From positions 121,148,001 to 121,212,000 of the forward strand of contig OZ024745.1 of assembly GCA_964016885.1 (NCBI GenBank): a stretch of 64,000 bases of DNA. Direction: 5' to 3'. Positions 39,173-53,542 of this stretch are shown here, piece by piece (position 1 is the stretch's first letter; each line of letters opens with the position of its first letter). The notes beneath the pieces are model-generated. The model was not told the origin of the DNA. It saw nothing but the letters and a program-made list of their open reading frames with translations, and made no database searches. Both the position numbers and the translations under genes were made by a program. Origin of the DNA: Eledone cirrhosa. Lineage: Eukaryota.

Positions 39173-42100
39173 TGAGACTTGAAACTGGATCATGGAATCA
39201 CTGGCAGCTGAGACTTGAAACTGGATCAAAGAAACACTGACTGCTGAGACTTGAAACTAGATTAGAGAAACACTGACTGCTGAGACTTGAAACTAGATCA
39301 GAGAAACACTGACTGCTGAGACTTGAAACTAGATTAGAGAAACACTGACTGCTGAGACTTGAAACTAGATCAGAGAAACACTGACTGCTGAGACTTGAAA
39401 CTAGATCAGAGAAACACTGACTGCTGAGACTTGAAACTAGATCAGAGAAACACTGACTGCTGAGACTTGAAACTAGATCAGAGAAACACTGACTGCTGAG
39501 ACTTGAAACTAGATTAGAGAAACACTGACTGCTGAGACTTGAAACTAGATCAGAGAAACACTGACTGCTGAGACTTGAAACTAGATTAGAGAAACACTGA
39601 CTGCTGAGACTTGAAACTAGATCAGAGAAACACTGACTGCTGAGACTTGAAACTAGATCAGAGAAACACTGGCTGCTGAGACTTGAAACTAGATCAGAGA
39701 AACACTGACAGGTGAGACTTGAAACTAGATCAGAGAAACACTGACTGCTGAGACTTGAAACTAGATCAGAGAAACACTGACTGCTGAGACTTGAAACTAG
39801 ATCAGAGAAACACTGACTGCTGAGACTTGAAACTAGATTAGAGAAACACTGACTGCTGAGACTTGAAACTAGATCAGAGAAACACTGACTGCTGAGACTT
39901 GAAACTAGATTAGAGAAACACTGACTGCTGAGACTTGAAACTAGATCAGAGAAACACTGACTGCTGAGACTTGAAACTAGATTAGAGAAACACTGACTGC
40001 TGAGACTTGAAACTAGATCAGAGAAACACTGACAGGTGAGACTTGAAACTAGATCAGAGAAACACTGACAGGTGAGACTTGAAACTAGATCAGAGAAACA
40101 CTGACTGCTGAGACTTGAAACTAGATCAGAGAAACACTGACTGCTGAGACTTGAAACTAGATCAGAGAAACACTGACTGCTGAGACTTGAAACTAGATCA
40201 GAGAAACACTGACAGGTGAGACTTGAAACTAGATCAGAGAAACACTGACTGCTGAGACTTGAAACTAGATCAGAGAAACACTGACTGCTGAGACTTGAAA
40301 CTAGATCAGAGAAACACTGACTGCTGAGACTTGAAACTAGATTAGAGAAACACTGACTGCTGAGACTTGAAACTAGATCAGAGAAACACTGACTGCTGAG
40401 ACTTGAAACTAGATTAGAGAAACACTGACTGCTGAGACTTGAAACTAGATCAGAGAAACACTGACAGGTGAGACTTGAAACTAGATCAGAGAAACACTGA
40501 CTGCTGAGACTTGAAACTAGATTAGAGAAACACTGACTGCTGAGACTTGAAACTAGATCAGAGAAACACTGACTGCTGAGACTTGAAACTAGATTAGAGA
40601 AACACTGACTGCTGAGACTTGAAACTAGATCAGAGAAACACTGACAGGTGAGACTTGAAACTAGATCAGAGAAACACTGACTGCTGAGACTTGAAACTAG
40701 ATCAGAGAAACACTGACTGCTGAGACTTGAAACTAGATCAGAGAAACACTGACTGCTGAGACTTGAAACTAGATCAGAGAAACACTGACTGCTGAGACTT
40801 GAAACTAGATTAGAGAAACACTGACTGCTGAGACTTGAAACTAGATCAGAGAAACACTGACAGGTGAGACTTGAAACTAGATCAGAGAAACACTGACTGC
40901 TGAGACTTGAAACTAGATTAGAGAAACACTGACTGCTGAGACTTGAAACTAGATCAGAGAAACACTGACTGCTGAGACTTGAAACTAGATCAGAGAAACA
41001 CTGGCTGCTGAGACTTGAAACTAGATTAGAGAAACACTGACTGCTGAGACTTGAAACTAGATCAGAGAAACACTGACTGCTGAGACTTGAAACTAGATTA
41101 GAGAAACACTGACTGCTGAGACTTGAAACTAGATCAGAGAAACACTGACAGGTGAGACTTGAAACTAGATCAGAGAAACACTGACTGCTGAGACTTGAAA
41201 CTAGATTAGAGAAACACTGACTGCTGAGACTTGAAACTAGATCAGAGAAACACTGACTGCTGAGACTTGAAACTAGATCAGAGAAACACTGGCTGCTGAG
41301 ACTTGAAACTAGATCAGAGAAACACTGACAGGTGAGACTTGAAACTAGATCAGAGAAACACTGACTGCTGAGACTTGAAACTAGATTAGAGAAACACTGA
41401 CAGGTGAGACTTGAAACTAGATCAGAGAAACACTGACTGCTGAGACTTGAAACTAGATCAGAGAAACACTGGCTGCTGAGACTTGAAACTAGATTAGAGA
41501 AACACTGACTGCTGAGACTTGAAACTAGATTAGAGAAACACTGACTGCTGAGACTTGAAACTAGATCAGAGAAACACTGACTGCTGAGACTTGAAACTAG
41601 ATTAGAGAAACACTGACTGCTGAGACTTGAAACTAGATTAGAGAAACACTGACAGGTGAGACTTGAAACTAGATCAGAGAAACACTGACTGCTGAGACTT
41701 GAAACTAGATTAGAGAAACACTGACTGCTGAGACTTGAAACTAGATCAGAGAAACACTGACAGGTGAGACTTGAAACTAGATCAGAGAAACACTGACTGC
41801 TGAGACTTGAAACTAGATTAGAGAAACACTGACTGCTGAGACTTGAAACTAGATCAGAGAAACACTGACTGCTGAGACTTGAAACTAGATCAGAGAAACA
41901 CTGGCTGCTGAGACTTGAAACTAGATCAGAGAAACACTGACAGGTGAGACTTGAAACTAGATCAGAGAAACACTGACTGCTGAGACTTGAAACTAGATTA
42001 GAGAAACACTGACAGGTGAGACTTGAAACTAGATCAGAGAAACACTGACTGCTGAGACTTGAAACTAGATCAGAGAAACACTGGCTGCTGAGACTTGAAA

Positions 42101-42440
42101 CTAGATTAGAGAAACACTGACTGCTGAGACTTGAAACTAGATTAGAGAAACACTGACTGCTGAGACTTGAAACTAGATCAGAGAAACACTGACTGCTGAG
42201 ACTTGAAACTAGATTAGAGAAACACTGACTGCTGAGACTTGAAACTAGATTAGAGAAACACTGACAGGTGAGACTTGAAACTAGATCAGAGAAACACTGA
42301 CTGCTGAGACTTGAAACTAGATCAGACAAACACTGGCTGCTGAGACTTGAAACTAGATTAGAGAAACACTGACTGCTGAGACTTGAAACTAGATCAAAGA
42401 AACACTGACTGCTGAGACTTGAAACTAGATCATGGAATCA
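39173..42440. repeat. 36-bp satellite, about 90 copies, with a 612-bp (17-mer) higher-order duplication
   Basis: ctgctgagacttgaaactagatcagagaaacactga; variant units recur 612 bp apart (41291/41903, 41401/42013, 41471/42083). Confidence 0.97.
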
Positions 42441-42879
42441 GTTTACCATGAGTTTTATTTCATTTGCTATCCAACTGGTAGGTAGATTCAGTAGATCTTG
42501 AAGCTAATACCTTGTGGTACTAGTTCTTCAGCCAGATGTGTAATATAGATAAAGTCAATTTATTTTTTTTTATAGAACTTTATTCCACATGCCACTGCCA
42601 TAAATAGTCTTGGCAGATAGGATGGAGAAAGTATTGCCCTGGGGGATGGCAAGGGAGGCATGCTGGTACAGCCACTTCACCTTGCATGTTAGTGTGACTT
42701 GAAGAAATATAACTTCTAGTGCTTTGAGTAGAGTTTGGCTTTGTATTATACCATAATGGGAGACAGATGAAGAATTTTAATACACTTTAACTTTGTTTTG
42801 ATAAAAAATTTCTGGATGGCCAGTCAGAACTGAATTTGTAACCTCAATGGTGTACAATACTTAGCACATATCAGGACAG

Positions 42880-44030
42880 TTACTGTATTTTGGGATCTGG
42901 GTCGTCCCATTATAAGGGAGGTCTGGTTAGTTGGCTGCACCATGCCTTGCTCATAGTGGGGCTGTATTTGGGCTGGATTTTTATGTTTGCTTGATGCCCT
43001 TCCAACTACCAACCACATTTACAGTGTAGAACTAGGTGGCACCATTTACAGTCTAGGACCTGGGTGGCACTGTTGTGAGATAATATCTGGCCAGTTGGCT
43101 ATGTCATATATTGTTTAAATGGGACTGAATATTTGTTGGGATTTTTACAGCTGGATGCCCTTCCTAACACCAACCAGATTAACAGTGTGGAGCTGGATGG
43201 TCCTATTTGAGAGAAGTCTGGCCAGATGGCTGTGCCATACCTTGCACAAAATGGAACTATGTGTTGGCAGGATTTTCATGGCTGGTGAATGCCCTTCATA
43301 ACAACAACCATATTTACAATGTGGAAATGGTTGACACTGTTGGGGAGGGTCTGGCCAGTTGACCCCACGCCATACCCTGCTCATATCGCAACTGTAATTT
43401 ATGAGGGAGGTTGGCCAGTTGTCCATGCCATGCCTTGTTCATGGGGCTGTGTTTGGGCTGGGTTTTTATGGTTGCTGGATGCTCTTCCTATCGCCAACTA
43501 CGTTTACCGTGTGGAACTGGGTGGCACCATTGTGAGACAAGTCTGGCCAATTGGGTACATCATACTTTGCTCAAAAGCCTTACTCATATGGAGCCCTGGG
43601 TTGCACCGTTAAGAGGAGGGTGTGGCCAGTTAGCCATGCCATACTCTGCTCATATCAGAACCATAATTTGGAGTTGGGAGGTTCCATTATGTGGTGGGTC
43701 TGGCCAGTTGGCTGTGCCAAGCCTTGCTCATAGTGGAGCTATATTACTAGGTGATCCTGGGCCTGACCTCCCTCATAATGGGCCACCCAGCTCTCAAATT
43801 ATAGTTCCAATGTGAGAACAGTACGGCGCTGCCAACTTGCCTGATAATGGAGCTAACTATATCCACACTATAAACATGGTTGGTGTTGGGCATTCAGCTG
43901 TAAAAGTCTATGCCAAAATCCAGTTCTATTTGAACAAAGTACAGTGTGGCCAGCTGGTCAGACCTTTTTCATGATATAGGCGACCCATCTAAACTAAGAA
44001 AGCATGCAAAAATAGACATTAAACGGTAAT
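42880..44030. repeat. Diverged tandem array of RTE-3'UTR-derived units, last unit inverted
   Basis: Repeated gtctggccagttggct...ccatgccttgctcata...gctggatgccctt segments. Confidence 0.6.
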
Positions 44031-44765
44031 GAATTAGGGACACAAATTTAAGATATTTTATGAAGTTTATTAACTGAGTTTCGCAGACACAGACCACCAC
44101 TAGTTTCATCATCATCATCATCGCCATCATTTAATGTCTGTTTTCATTGCTAGCAAGGGTTGGATGGGTATTCAGAAAGAGTCAGTACTCAAGAAGGGCC
44201 ACTGACTTTTCATTTGTGCTGGGGGCCGGCATCTCACCTACACATAATTCTATGTTCCATTAAATACATTTTATCATGACACCAGCACTAAGGAGGTTGC
44301 TATGTCTTTGACACAGCTGACGAGTCCTCTCAATTCTTCGATTAGCAGTTTTTTATGGCTGGATGCCCTTCCTATCTCCAACCACTTTACAGTAGTACTG
44401 GGTGCATTTATCGTGAATTTTGGATGAATTTCTTTTTAACATCAGCAGAACACAAAAGCCAATTCTTAACAAAAGTTAGTAATATTGATGACTGCAGAGT
44501 TATTGGTCTGACAGTGAACTTTCTACAGCACTCAACATCAACATATACAAAGGTTACAATAAGTCAGTTTGTATAAAAATTAATTCTTTGTGTCACCAAT
44601 GGATAGAATTACTTGAAAATATTGCAGTAGCATCTAGTTGTGAGGTAACCTTTGTATAATTTCCTAGCAGATAATTAACTAGTGGTGATGTTAGCAAAAT
44701 AGTTTGTGTGTTTTGTTGATATATGTGGAATCAGTACATGTGATGTATGTGTATGTAATATAATG

Positions 44766-44834
<69 letters not shown>

Positions 44835-44952
44835 GTCTTAAGCCAGAAGGCTCATTTGGCCAGTGCTTATCCTGATTTCATAGCGTGAAGCAACTAAGAG
44901 TACTAGACTCCCCTGGACAGGATACCAGTCCATCACGGGTTTAAACCCCCAG

Positions 44953-45018
<66 letters not shown>

Positions 45019-45120
45019 ATATACATATATATATACATATATATATACATATATATATATATATAAATATATATATATATGGGGGAGGTTATAGTTCACT
45101 TGAAGCATTGTGTAATGAGG

Positions 45121-45545
45121 TATAAACGTTAGAATATGTGTAATAAGGCCAAGACAATGCAGATATGGACATAGAAAAAAGAATGCAATAGTGAAAGATA
45201 TTGATGAGAATTCGTCTTTCACCTTGAATTTATTTAAATGTCCTTAATTTTCGAGATAATATCTCTTCTTCGGAGGGAAGTAAAAGTCTCAGACCAGCGT
45301 CTAAATTTCCAATGAAGCCATGCTCTGGCTTTATTGGAAACTATGCATGGCTTCATTGGAAATTTAGACGCTGGTCTGAGACTTTTACTTCCCTCCGAAG
45401 AAGAGATATTATCTCGAAAATTAAGGACATTTAAATAAATTCAAGGTGAAAGACGAATTCTCATCAATATCTTTCACTATTGCATTCTTTTTTCTATGTC
45501 CATATCTGCATTGTCTTGGCCTTATTACACATATTCTAACGTTTA

Positions 45546-45547
<2 letters not shown>
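45121..45547. repeat. Palindrome with 203-bp arms and 21-bp spacer
   Basis: 45121-45323 is the reverse complement of 45345-45547 (no mismatch seen by eye). Embedded in (TA)n; each arm carries a CCGAAGA...GAAA hammerhead-like core. Confidence 0.9.
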
Positions 45548-45585
<38 letters not shown>

Positions 45586-45738
45586 CATACATATATATAT
45601 ACATATACATATATATATACATATATATATATACATATATATATATACATATATATATATACATATATATATATACATATATATATATACATATATATAT
45701 ACATATACATATATATATACATATATATATACATATAC

Positions 45739-45905
<167 letters not shown>

Positions 45906-45912
45906 TATATAC

Positions 45913-46000
<88 letters not shown>

Positions 46001-46005
<5 letters not shown>

Positions 46006-46298
46006 ATATGCCCCCCACACCCTCCCACTGCAAGGTGGTCGTAGAGGTGCCATGGCAAAAAAGCACCCAGCACTCACTGTAAAGTGGACGTGTAGGCGCC
46101 ACGAAAAAGCACCCAGCACTCACTGTAAATGAGGTTGGTGTTAGGAAGGGCATCCAGCTGTAGAAATCAAGCCAAATCAGTTCCTGTATGAGAAAGCATG
46201 GTCAGCCGACCAGACACTGCCCACAACAGGACAACCCGTCTAACCCATGCTTGCGTGGAAGAACGGACGTAAAACGGTGATGATGATGATGATGATGA
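46001..46298 (+). mobile_element. 3' UTR fragment of the second RTE family, tail-to-tail with the 46322-48152 copy
   Basis: ttaggaagggcatccagctgtagaaatc...cccatgcttgcgtggaagaacggacgtaaaacggt(gat)n, flanked by (TA)n. Confidence 0.8.
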
Positions 46299-46321
46299 TA
46301 TACACATATATACATATATAT

Positions 46322-48152
46322 ATCATCACTGTTTTACATCCATTCTTTCATGCTAGCATGGGTTACACGGGTTGTCCTGTTGTGGGCAATGTTAGGTTGG
46401 GTGACCTTGTCTTGCTCATACAGGAACTGATTTTGGCTTGATTTCTACAGCTGATGCCCTTCTTAACACCAACCTCATTTACAGTGAGTGCTGGGTGCTT
46501 TTTTTCTGTGTCGCCTACACGTCCACTTTAGAGTGGGGGCTGGGTGCTTTTTTGTTGTGACAACACTTTGCAGTGGGAAAGGATGGGGGCATATTGTCTA
46601 TATGCTTCAGCTTCAGCTTGTTCCCGTGGGAAGTCAGGTCTTTTGTATTACTGCGTGACGCGAGAGGTCACGGTCCTGTGTCATCACTGTTGAGAGGTGC
46701 AATGGGGCAAGGTCCGCTTTTATCACCTCATCCCATGTCTTCTTGGGTCTCCCCACTCCATGGCTTCCATTGACTTCTAGTGCTCTGCATCTTTTTATGC
46801 AGCTGTCATCCTTCATACGTAACCTCCTCTCCTGCACACTGCATTTGATTCCTCTTATGCTCAGTCTCTCTCTCAATTCATTTATGCTTTGCCATTTGCG
46901 TATATTACTATTACACATCCATTGGAGCATGCAGGCTTCGCTTCTTTCTAATCTACACAAGTCTTGTACAGACAACGCCCAGGTCTCACTACCATGTAAC
47001 ATTGCTGTTTGTATACATGCATCATAAAGTCTGTCTTTCATTTTGAGGGAAAAGCCTTTTGCAGCTAGCAGTGGCAGTAGCTCCCTGAACTTCGTCCATC
47101 CCGTTCTTACCCTAGTTATTGTACTTTCCGAACACCCCTCTCCGCTGCTGATTCGGTCACCTAGGTAGCAGAAGCTGTCTACTGTTTCTACAGAGCCCTC
47201 CCAGAGTTTGGTAGTGCTTGTTTCTGTGGCTGTTTGCTGCTTGCTGTCCCAACACAGCTGCTACATGTAAAGCCTACATTCCTAACTAAGCTACTTGAGA
47301 TCCCACTACATCTCTTGTGTACCCATAGTTTACATTTGGGCAGAGGATGGAGTTTCTACCTACACCTTCCCTACATACTGAGCAAGGCTATTTCCCTGAG
47401 GGGATCTGGGTTCTGTTTTCTCATCTACTTATGAGGACCTTGGTCTTTGACAGGTTGACTTTGAGACCCTTTCTTTCTAGTCCCTGCTTCCATGTTTGGA
47501 ATTTCTTCTCTAGTTCCACCATAGATTCAGCTATGAGTGTGAGATCATCTGCAAACAGAAGTTCCCATGGGCATCCAGTTTTAAACTCTTCTGTTATAGC
47601 CTGCAATACGATAATAAACAGGAGAGGGCTAAGAACAGAGCCCTGGTGGACACCGATCTATATGCTAAATTCCTCGCTATAGTCATTGTTAACCCTAACT
47701 TTGCTGACTGCTCCCCTATACATGGCTTGTACGGCTTTCACAAGCCATTCAACTACTCCTAGTTTTCTAAGAGCCCACCAGATTATAGCACGGGGCACTC
47801 TATTGAAGGCTTTTTCCAGATCGACAAATGCCAGGTAGGTACTTTTCCTGTAACTGCCTCACAAGGAAGAGAGCATCAGTGGTGCCTTTTCCTGGCACAA
47901 ACCCAAACTGCAACTTGTCTAGTTTTACCAGATCCCTAATCAGCTGTGCTATAACTCTTTCAGTTACTTTCATGACCTGGTCCATCAGCTTTATACCTCT
48001 ATAGTTTTCTCTATCTAGTGCATCTCCTTTACCCTTGTAGCAGTTGACAATGATGCTGCTGTGCCAATCCTTTGGTATGACCCCCTCTTGTATTACCTGG
48101 TTAACTAAACGTGTGGTTATGGTGTGACCTACCAACCCAGATGCTTTCAGCA
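46322..48152 (-). mobile_element. Degraded 5'-truncated RTE-clade LINE (second family) with PHD finger inside RT and (ATG)n tail
   Basis: Fragments YKGKGDALDRENYRGIKL, QFGFVPGKGTTDA, LLFADD, FCYLGD, AMLHGSETW, GRPKKTW; frameshifts and stops; 3' UTR ends in atgatg within (TA)n. Confidence 0.9.
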
Positions 48153-48823
48153 TCATATATATATATATATATAAAATCAAAATAGCTCAAGAAAAAAATT
48201 TTCCAACCTTTTTTATAATTCAGTAAAGAGAGAACACACACATATATATAATTAAGTTATACAAACTGACTATGATAACTATCAACATCCACACAGTTTT
48301 ATGGTAGAACTGTTTCACATTTCAGTGAGGAGAGACATTAGTTTGATTGCTTATCAATGAATGTTTGACCAATACAATCCTATTTTGATTATAAGGGACT
48401 ATTGTGAGTTTTAACTCAAAATTTAATTTTGATAAATTGAACTCCTATACTTTTGTTGAGATTTTACTATATCGAACTATACTTTTGTTGAGATTTTACT
48501 ATATCGAATGGTTCTGGCTGTTATTTTTTTTAGCAGCTGTACCTTCTGTTCATACCGCCCTGCATGTGATACACATGTGCTTTTCCTTTTTTAACTCATG
48601 TGCATATTATAGTCTTCTAAGTAATTTAGTAGTGGGGAGTGTATTAGTCGAACATCGATTGATAGCTATCATAGTCGGTTCATATACTTTAATTTATCCT
48701 TTTAATTGAATTTTATGAATCGTACTATCTATAGTTAATATATTCTTCACCTTGGTTGTTTTATATCCCTTATGATTTGAACATATATATATATATATGT
48801 GTGTTCTTCTTTCTTTACGGCAT

Positions 48824-48866
<43 letters not shown>

Positions 48867-50712
48867 AGGGAGTGTAACGTGAAGTTACTGTAGGTTCACC
48901 CAGGTGATACAGATCGAACCATGAGATGATCAATAGCGAAACCCGCTTCACCAATCAATAAACGTAATGAAGGCTTAACAAATCATCCTTGTATTATTAT
49001 ATATATATAACCATCCCTCCCCTATTAACTACACCCTCAATTTCCCCAAGCTTCCTCCCCTCCCTCCCAAGTCCCCATCCCACACTATGCAGTGCCCCCC
49101 CCCCCCAGGTGTCAAAGCAAAAGCACCCAGTCCACACTGTAATGTGGTCATGTAGGTGACACAACAAAAAGCATCTAGCACACACTGTAAATATGGTTGC
49201 CATTAAGAATGGCATCCAGCTGTAGAAACCTAGCCCAAATCAGCCCCAGGTGAGCAAAACATAGTCCTCTGATCTGATTCTCTCCCAAATGGTCAACCCG
49301 TCCTACCCATGCTAGTGTGGAAAATGGATGTTAAACAATGATGATGATGATATATATATATATATATATCATGATATTTATTTCGGCGCTTTGCTTGGGA
49401 CCAACCATCGTATAATTTTGTGTTCTTTTTCAAAGTCATTCTAGAAATGTTTCACATTCTATGACATTTGCATCTTACTTGGCCACAAAAGAAGCTTCTA
49501 GATTCGATTATTATTTTATTTATTTATTTACTGAGATTGATTTATATCACATATTGTCATGGACGTTAAACAATGATGATGATGATGATGATGATTGTTT
49601 GCAGTGGTCATATTTTTTTAAGCTATTTTTATAACTATTTCTATTTACAGTTGTTTTTTTTTAGTAAAAACTCAATATTTAACACAAACACACCACCTCA
49701 CATAACGATTTCTTTTGAATAGACAAATCCAAATAATTGAATCAATTGGTTTGATTTCAGATACTCAGAAATTTCAAATCTGATATCAGAAGTATCTAGT
49801 ACATTGCGCTGCTCTATCTTACAATAAACCACATGATATTGTTTCTACCAAGAGTGTTTCTACCTACTATAATTATTTCTACTTTAGGCACAAGGCCAGC
49901 AATTTCCTCAGTTTAACATATGAAACAATCACTACAATAACATATGAACATAATCATTGTTTCTACTTTTGGCACAAAACCAGCAATTACCCAGTGTATT
50001 ACTGGTACTTTATTTTATCGACCCCGTAAGGATGAAAGGCAAAGTTAACCTCGGCGGGATTTGGACTCAGAATGGCAAGGGCCGTAACTCTATGCGTCAA
50101 AGCATGACATCCGACCCTCTACCGATACTGCCAATCCACCGCACTATATGAACATAATAATGGTTTCTGATTTAAGCACAAGGCCAACAATTTATGGGAG
50201 AGGAAAGTCGATTAAATCGACAGCAGTGTATTACTGGTGCTTTATTTTACTGACCCCATAAGGATGAAAGGCAAAGCTAACCTCGACAGGGGCTTTGAGT
50301 GCAGAACGCAAAGGGCCATAACTCTATGTTGTCAAGCATGTCTGACGCTCTACCGATACTGACAATCCACTGCCTATAATGATTTCTGACATATGCCAAA
50401 AATATTTGAAGCAGGAAACAGTCAATCTTTGAGTAAAAGCTCTTTAATTTTTAATGTGAAACAGTCATAGTACTGCTTTATACTTTTTAAGAATGTCTTG
50501 TCAATGTAGTCTAATGTGGTGCAGGACGTTTAGAGTTAATTCTTAACATCTTGTCGTGATTTAGCATAACAAGGTACCATTTTATCAATACCCATCCCAC
50601 TAGATGAAAGCCAAAAGTGATTGGAACTCAGTAACTAGTACTCCAGTCTTGAAATATTAGTTACTAGTATTAATAAAATATAAATAGAAGTTAATGAATT
50701 GCTAAAATACTA

Positions 50713-51086
50713 CAGGTTCACAATCTTTTATCTGAAATTCCCAAAATGGAACTTTTTTCCCAGGATGTTGTCTGCACACCAAAGCTCGTGTTTGGTGCCA
50801 AACTTAACCCAAAGCTTGAGCTGAAACGACCTACAGTCAACCCAGATCAGGCAGTTGTGTCAGTGCTCCTACCAGTTGTGCATTCCTTGAGTGATGGAGA
50901 AATTGCTGAAATGGTGTTAGATAACAATTAACATGAGGGTACCACTGAGCCACTCTGTCCTCTGTAATGTTTTATCTAAAAAACTTTAAAATCTACACTA
51001 AAATGTTCCATTCCGTAATCTAAAAATTCCAAAATCCAAAAAGTGTCAGGTCCTAAGGTTTTTGGATAAGAGATAGTGAACCTTCA
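50713..51086 (+). mobile_element. pogo/Tigger-derived deletion element
   Basis: ta-caggttcacaatctttta...taagagatagtgaacct TIR-like ends; internal PVVHSLSDGEIAEMVL resembles a Tigger transposase C-terminal remnant. Confidence 0.6.
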
Positions 51087-52243
51087 GTGAAAATATGATA
51101 TCGTGCAAGGTGTAAGGATTGCTATGATTCTACTGATGCTCTTTAGCCCTAAATCAGCCATGGCTAAGTGGATCAGGACTGATGACAGATGTTTCATTTG
51201 TGGCCCTTTTGATCTCCTTCCATGTATAATGTATCTGGAACCACATTATTTAACCCTTTAGTATTTACATTACTATATATATACTATTGTATTTTTGCGG
51301 TAAAGGATTTATCTCACATAATATCTCACATGATATCAAATCTATGAGATTTTGATGTTATTTATTTTGAGAATAAAACCTTAATATCAGTAGTATGAGT
51401 GGCCAGTTATGACCAGTTATAGCCAGTTTGAACAGGAAGAGGTGAGAGAATTCTGTCCGGATACAGCTGGTTTAAATGCTAAAGGGTTAATGTAGCTTTC
51501 CTTTTTTTAAAGGATGATATGATGTTTATTAAGTTTAATTTGGCTGCTATTTTTAACAGATTGAGTGACCCATCAGAGGCACAGCCTGAAGTCCACAGAG
51601 TTGCCCTAAAATGTTCAACTAAAATGTTCAACCTAAAATGTTCACCTTAAGGGTTACATTGCTATAATTTTATCTCTGTGTAGCATTGTGGGCAAGTGAC
51701 CTCTATCATAGCTTCAGGTTGACCAAAGCCTGGTCAGAGAAATTTGGTAGATGGAAACTGTCTAAAAGGCCCTCATTAGGACAACTTTGGGTGGTTTTCT
51801 GCTAGCATGTGTAGTGTGTATATTGATATTATACGCAGGTATATATACATGTAGATATGATACATCAAATAAAATCATAATTGACAATATACACAGAAAT
51901 TGAACGAAGACTGCGTTACACTGTTTTATGTAATCAGTAACGTAATCCATGATACATTAAAAAAGACGATATTATATATAAACTGCATTAAGAGAAAATT
52001 AGTGATGGAAATATATGAATGTTTATTTAAGCGATCGCTAACCGGAAGTGCTGACATTTGAACATTGAACATTTTAAAGAAGTGAATCTTTAAATAAATA
52101 ATAAAATATATTTAATCAACAGCTACGAAATTTAGTAATACTCATTCATTATTTATTCAAAGTAATCCAACTTATTTTACTAATGGGATAACAAATTATA
52201 AACCATACGCAGTCCGCACTCCTTACTTTATTATAGTTTAGAT

Positions 52244-52956
52244 CAAAGGTTCTCAACCCATTTCGGCCAAATGCCCCCTTTTGCCCCTCGAAATCATGAA
52301 AAGCCCCCCCATACCCTATTTTTCCATTTTTCAATATACTACTGATTTTGATATCAGTAGATTACTGGGCCAAATCAAGTTATGTTAGAATGTTTAAAAA
52401 GATCTTTAAAAAATACTTGTACGAATTAAATACAAAAAAGTTTCAGTCCAAAACAAAAGCAAGCTATTTCAAATTATATATTTTTGAAAAATAGACGTGA
52501 ATTTTCTCAAAGATTTGATCTCAGTGGAAAAAGCTATTTTTTAAATTCTATATTTCACTGCTAGCTGTTGTAATATTTTGAGTGGATAGACAATTCTACA
52601 ATTCAAACTGTAAAGTCAAAATACATATGATGCAAAATATGAAGAATTTCTTACCTTTCTCTTGAATCACAAACTCAAGGGAAAATAGTACCTTGCAAAA
52701 TAAAGTGACTCGATCACAAACTTAGTTGCAACGAATGAATTGAGATGCTTAGTGACAGTGAGCAAACAATATCTGTATCCCTTATATATATATATATACA
52801 TAGATAGATACACACGACCCCCCCCCCCCCCCACACACATACATACACAAACTTGTGTGTGTGTCTGTGTGTGCCTTGTTTTTGGTACAGAAAGAATTTT
52901 GTCTCTAGTTTTTATTGCCAGGTCAAAGGCTCTTTTCAACAACGTCAAATAACAAC

Positions 52957-53034
<78 letters not shown>

Positions 53035-53503
53035 GAGAGAGAGAGAGAAAGTGAGAGAGAGAAAGAGGGAGAGACAGAGAGAGTAAGAAATGTGTGTTTG
53101 GTACACGTCTATCTATCTATCTCTCCAACAGGGGGCTCAAACATGGTAGAACCAATATTTCAGATTCCATTATAACTGGTGGAAATAAGGCGGTGAGCTG
53201 GTGGAATCATTAACACATCTGGCGAAATACTTAGTGGTACTTCTTCCGTTTTTACGTTCCAAGTTCAAATTCCGCTGATCTCAACTTTGCCTTTCATCCT
53301 TTTGGGGTCGATAAATTAAGTACCAGTTGTGAACTGGGATCGATGTAATCGACAGGACCCTAAACCCTAAATTTCATGCCTTGTGATAATAGTAGAATGA
53401 TTATAACTGGTGAAAATCATCACCCACCACCACGTTTGGCCCAGTGCCTCTCCCCCAGGACGTAATGCCCCTTTTATGTCCTTGAGCTTGAGACCCCTCT
53501 TCT

Positions 53504-53542
<39 letters not shown>

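Noticed and set aside
39198-42329. 1043-aa ORF (SDLVSSLSSQCF)n
   Set aside because: It is the translation of a 36-bp satellite with a stop-free frame, a non-ATG start and no unique domain.
42447-42503. Candidate upstream FBXO41 exon (LQDLLNLPTSWIANEIKLM|gtaaac)
   Set aside because: Phase 0 does not match the phase-1 acceptor, there is no polypyrimidine tract, and no homology was recognised.
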